From contig NW_027117340.1 of NCBI RefSeq assembly GCF_038025025.1, positions 1,798,001 to 1,862,000 of the forward strand: a stretch of DNA of 64,000 bases, given 5' to 3'. The translations under genes and the position numbers were made by a program. This DNA comes from Phyllosticta citribraziliensis (lineage: Eukaryota). The notes beneath the pieces are model-generated. The model had not been told where the DNA came from, did no database searches, and worked only from the letters and a program-made list of their open reading frames with translations. Position 1 is the first letter of the stretch, and each line of letters starts with the position of its first letter. Shown one piece after another: positions 61,798-64,000 of the stretch.

Positions 61798-64000
61798 GGA
61801 AAAAATCAATCCAGCGACGCGCGCTCGAACGCTCCCCAGGCAGTGTTGACATGGAGAATGTTGCTGTCAATGAGAGAGGACCAAGAATTGACAATAAACT
61901 GGCTCTGGTGGTTCAATTGATTGAGGGCAAGGGAGAAAAGAAAAGAAGTGAAACTGTGCAACGCACAACTTACGACAAGTGCCACGATGCCAACACTGGC
62001 CGACGTGACTCGTGATCAGAGGTTGGTCCCATTCTCTGCTCGAGCCCACATGAGATCGAGACGCTTTTCGATGACTCGTAAGTATTGGGAAAGCGGTGGG
62101 CGATGGAATGGCCACATGAAAGGAAGCGTTTGTAGACCCTGGTTTGCCCGGGTTGCCTTTCTCCATTGAGGCGTACCCCTTTCTTGAGTGGCAATGGAAC
62201 CCAGTGTGAGAGAAGCTGTCAAGTGGAAGCAAGTGTTGTGCAATCGTTGACATTCAGAATATCGAAAGGACTAGATCGAGTGCTACATGGATCTGTCAAA
62301 TGTAAGCACCTCATTGCATTCGCAGGAAACGACGGGCAGGTGAAGGAGAACACCATTGAAACCTACAGCTGCAATGACTAACACCTCTCCAACTCCATCT
62401 CCAAAGTCTAAGCCGAGACCTCCTGCGCCACAAAAGTCAGTGATGAATAGCAAGTCTTGCTGGAAGCTCCCAAGTTACTTACTGCCAACACCATGAACCA
62501 TCAGCGACTGAAGTCACCGTCCCAAGTGAGCGCTTCTCTTCCACTCGAAATCTCGCGACAACAGGAACGAAACAGCCTGCCTGCAAAGCAGCAGGTGAGT
62601 GAGCGATACGTCCTCGGACGCCCCATATATACCCAACCTCCGTCTGACCTCCAGCAAACAAGTTACCGAGCAGCATCGACGTATGTGTGAGTGTATCAGC
62701 TGGCGCCTGACCCCAGTCTATGTATTCCGCCGTCCCACATTCTCCAAGTTAGTCCACCACTGCAACCCCCGCCCAAACTCCGTTGGCTGGCCTTCTTTCC
62801 CCCGCAAACTCCAAACTCCGTTTTGATCGCCATCTCTCCCCCACATGCCCGAATTTTCACCGCTCACCACATAGCACCCTAATAAAAGCCATCTATACAT
62901 TCGACGTGTGGGTTGCTGACGAGTCAATACCCAGGCTTTCAAGGCGTGAGCGCCCATCACTTTTCTCCGCAAAGCTCCCACGTCACTGCAAGAAACGATC
63001 AAGAACCCTCTTTACGAGTGGATTGAGCAATCTCTATTCAGGCTGAAGGAAGAAAAACATCCGGCTCATTTTCGCGTTATCGTCTACCTGGTTCGCGTGA
63101 CCGCAAAGAAAAACACTGTACTTCCCCCTACGTCCAGCCAGCCAGTCAGGTCCACCAGATACTCGCCAGCTACCCGCCAGTCGGGGCCAACGAACCGCCC
63201 AACCAACCACGTAGACGAGTCTCGTCCCAAATCGTCCGTCTTGCCAAGGCTCTCGCGTAGACGATTGCCTCATCCATCTATCCAGGAAGGTAGGAAGGCG
63301 GCTGGCGGCATCCATCTTGGTGAAAGGTCCGTCGATATTCTTTGCAAGGCAAGTATCCGACGTGACCGGGTAGCCAACCGAAACGTCTCTACTTGCCTCA
63401 GAACATGATGCGGCAGGTAGGGGCGCAAACGACGATCCAGATACGATAGGGCTCCCCAATTGCCTGCCCCATTGGGCAACCACGCCTGAAGCCACCCGCA
63501 CAGAGCCCAGCAGTCAGTGCTGAGATGACGGCTTGTTATCGTCGTTCGGTCACGCAATGTGCAGTCTTGAAGAAGCTTGTCTGCCAACCTTACTGTCTCT
63601 GGTTCGTCATTGGTCGGAAAAGGGTCTGCGATGTGCTTGTCGATCGTGATGTGTTGCATGGGAGTGCCAGATTGGACATGGAGGCACTTCTTGGATGATC
63701 ACAACTGCGTTTTTTTTCGTGCGCTCAATTCAGCTATTTCCCATCCAGTGAACGCGCGCAATCAGATTGGCAGTCTACCACTTAGCTCAAATGCAAACTC
63801 TTGATCGTATTTTGGTTATCAACCAAGTGAATCCTCCAATGCCACAGCTCGTGGAAATACGGCGATTCAATGTCTTGAGAATCATTCAAGCACGAGGCAT
63901 AGGGAGAAAAGAATGGAATAGGTCTCATTCTATCATTGGTTGCAACTCTATCTTGCAGCAGAACAAGTCTACCAGCGTCGATTCCAGTAAAGGAGACCAC

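Noticed and set aside
63790..63885. SCGIGGFTW on the minus strand resembling cytosine methyltransferase motif I
   Set aside because: It lacks the preceding D-L-F residues, the frame closes after a few codons, and no other motifs are present.
1..64000. tRNA, rRNA or snRNA genes
   Set aside because: No cloverleaf with A/B boxes or rRNA-like segment was recognised by eye; tRNAscan-SE or Infernal would be decisive.

Overview
Eukaryotic DNA from a filamentous ascomycete (Pezizomycotina). Evidence: short GT-AG introns with CTRAC/CTAAC branch sites, plus a RIP-type decayed element. A finer taxon cannot be fixed from this window. About 16-60 kb is a run of conserved genes: DHDPS-family aldolase, ChaC, complex I 49 kDa subunit, RPC40, a conserved hypothetical, ATP3, TOP1, an NAD-dependent epimerase, a Skg3/Caf120-like PH protein, CAP2, a GPI protein, Mph1/FANCM helicase, a ZIP transporter, an NTF2-like protein and a GH3 beta-glucosidase. 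A PCD1-like Nudix gene is truncated at the left edge. The most interesting part is a ~15 kb accessory island (1.1-16.2 kb) with no recognisable housekeeping gene. It holds (i) a secreted, Kex2-processed, 10-Cys protein whose cysteine spacing resembles FOLD/SIX6 effectors; (ii) a tandem array of four highly diverged, co-oriented small paralogs, plus a probable decayed fifth, sharing a C-terminal 'GF...V[SL]GP[YW][ST]xx[EQ][AV]' motif and a phase-2 intron after a short first exon, which I cannot assign to any known family; and (iii) a ~105-bp hairpin/CCAAT tandem repeat. Smaller features are a GC-AG intron, a 5-nt micro-exon and a RIP-mutated MITE with ~138-bp TIRs. All gene models were spliced by eye and no database searches were run.
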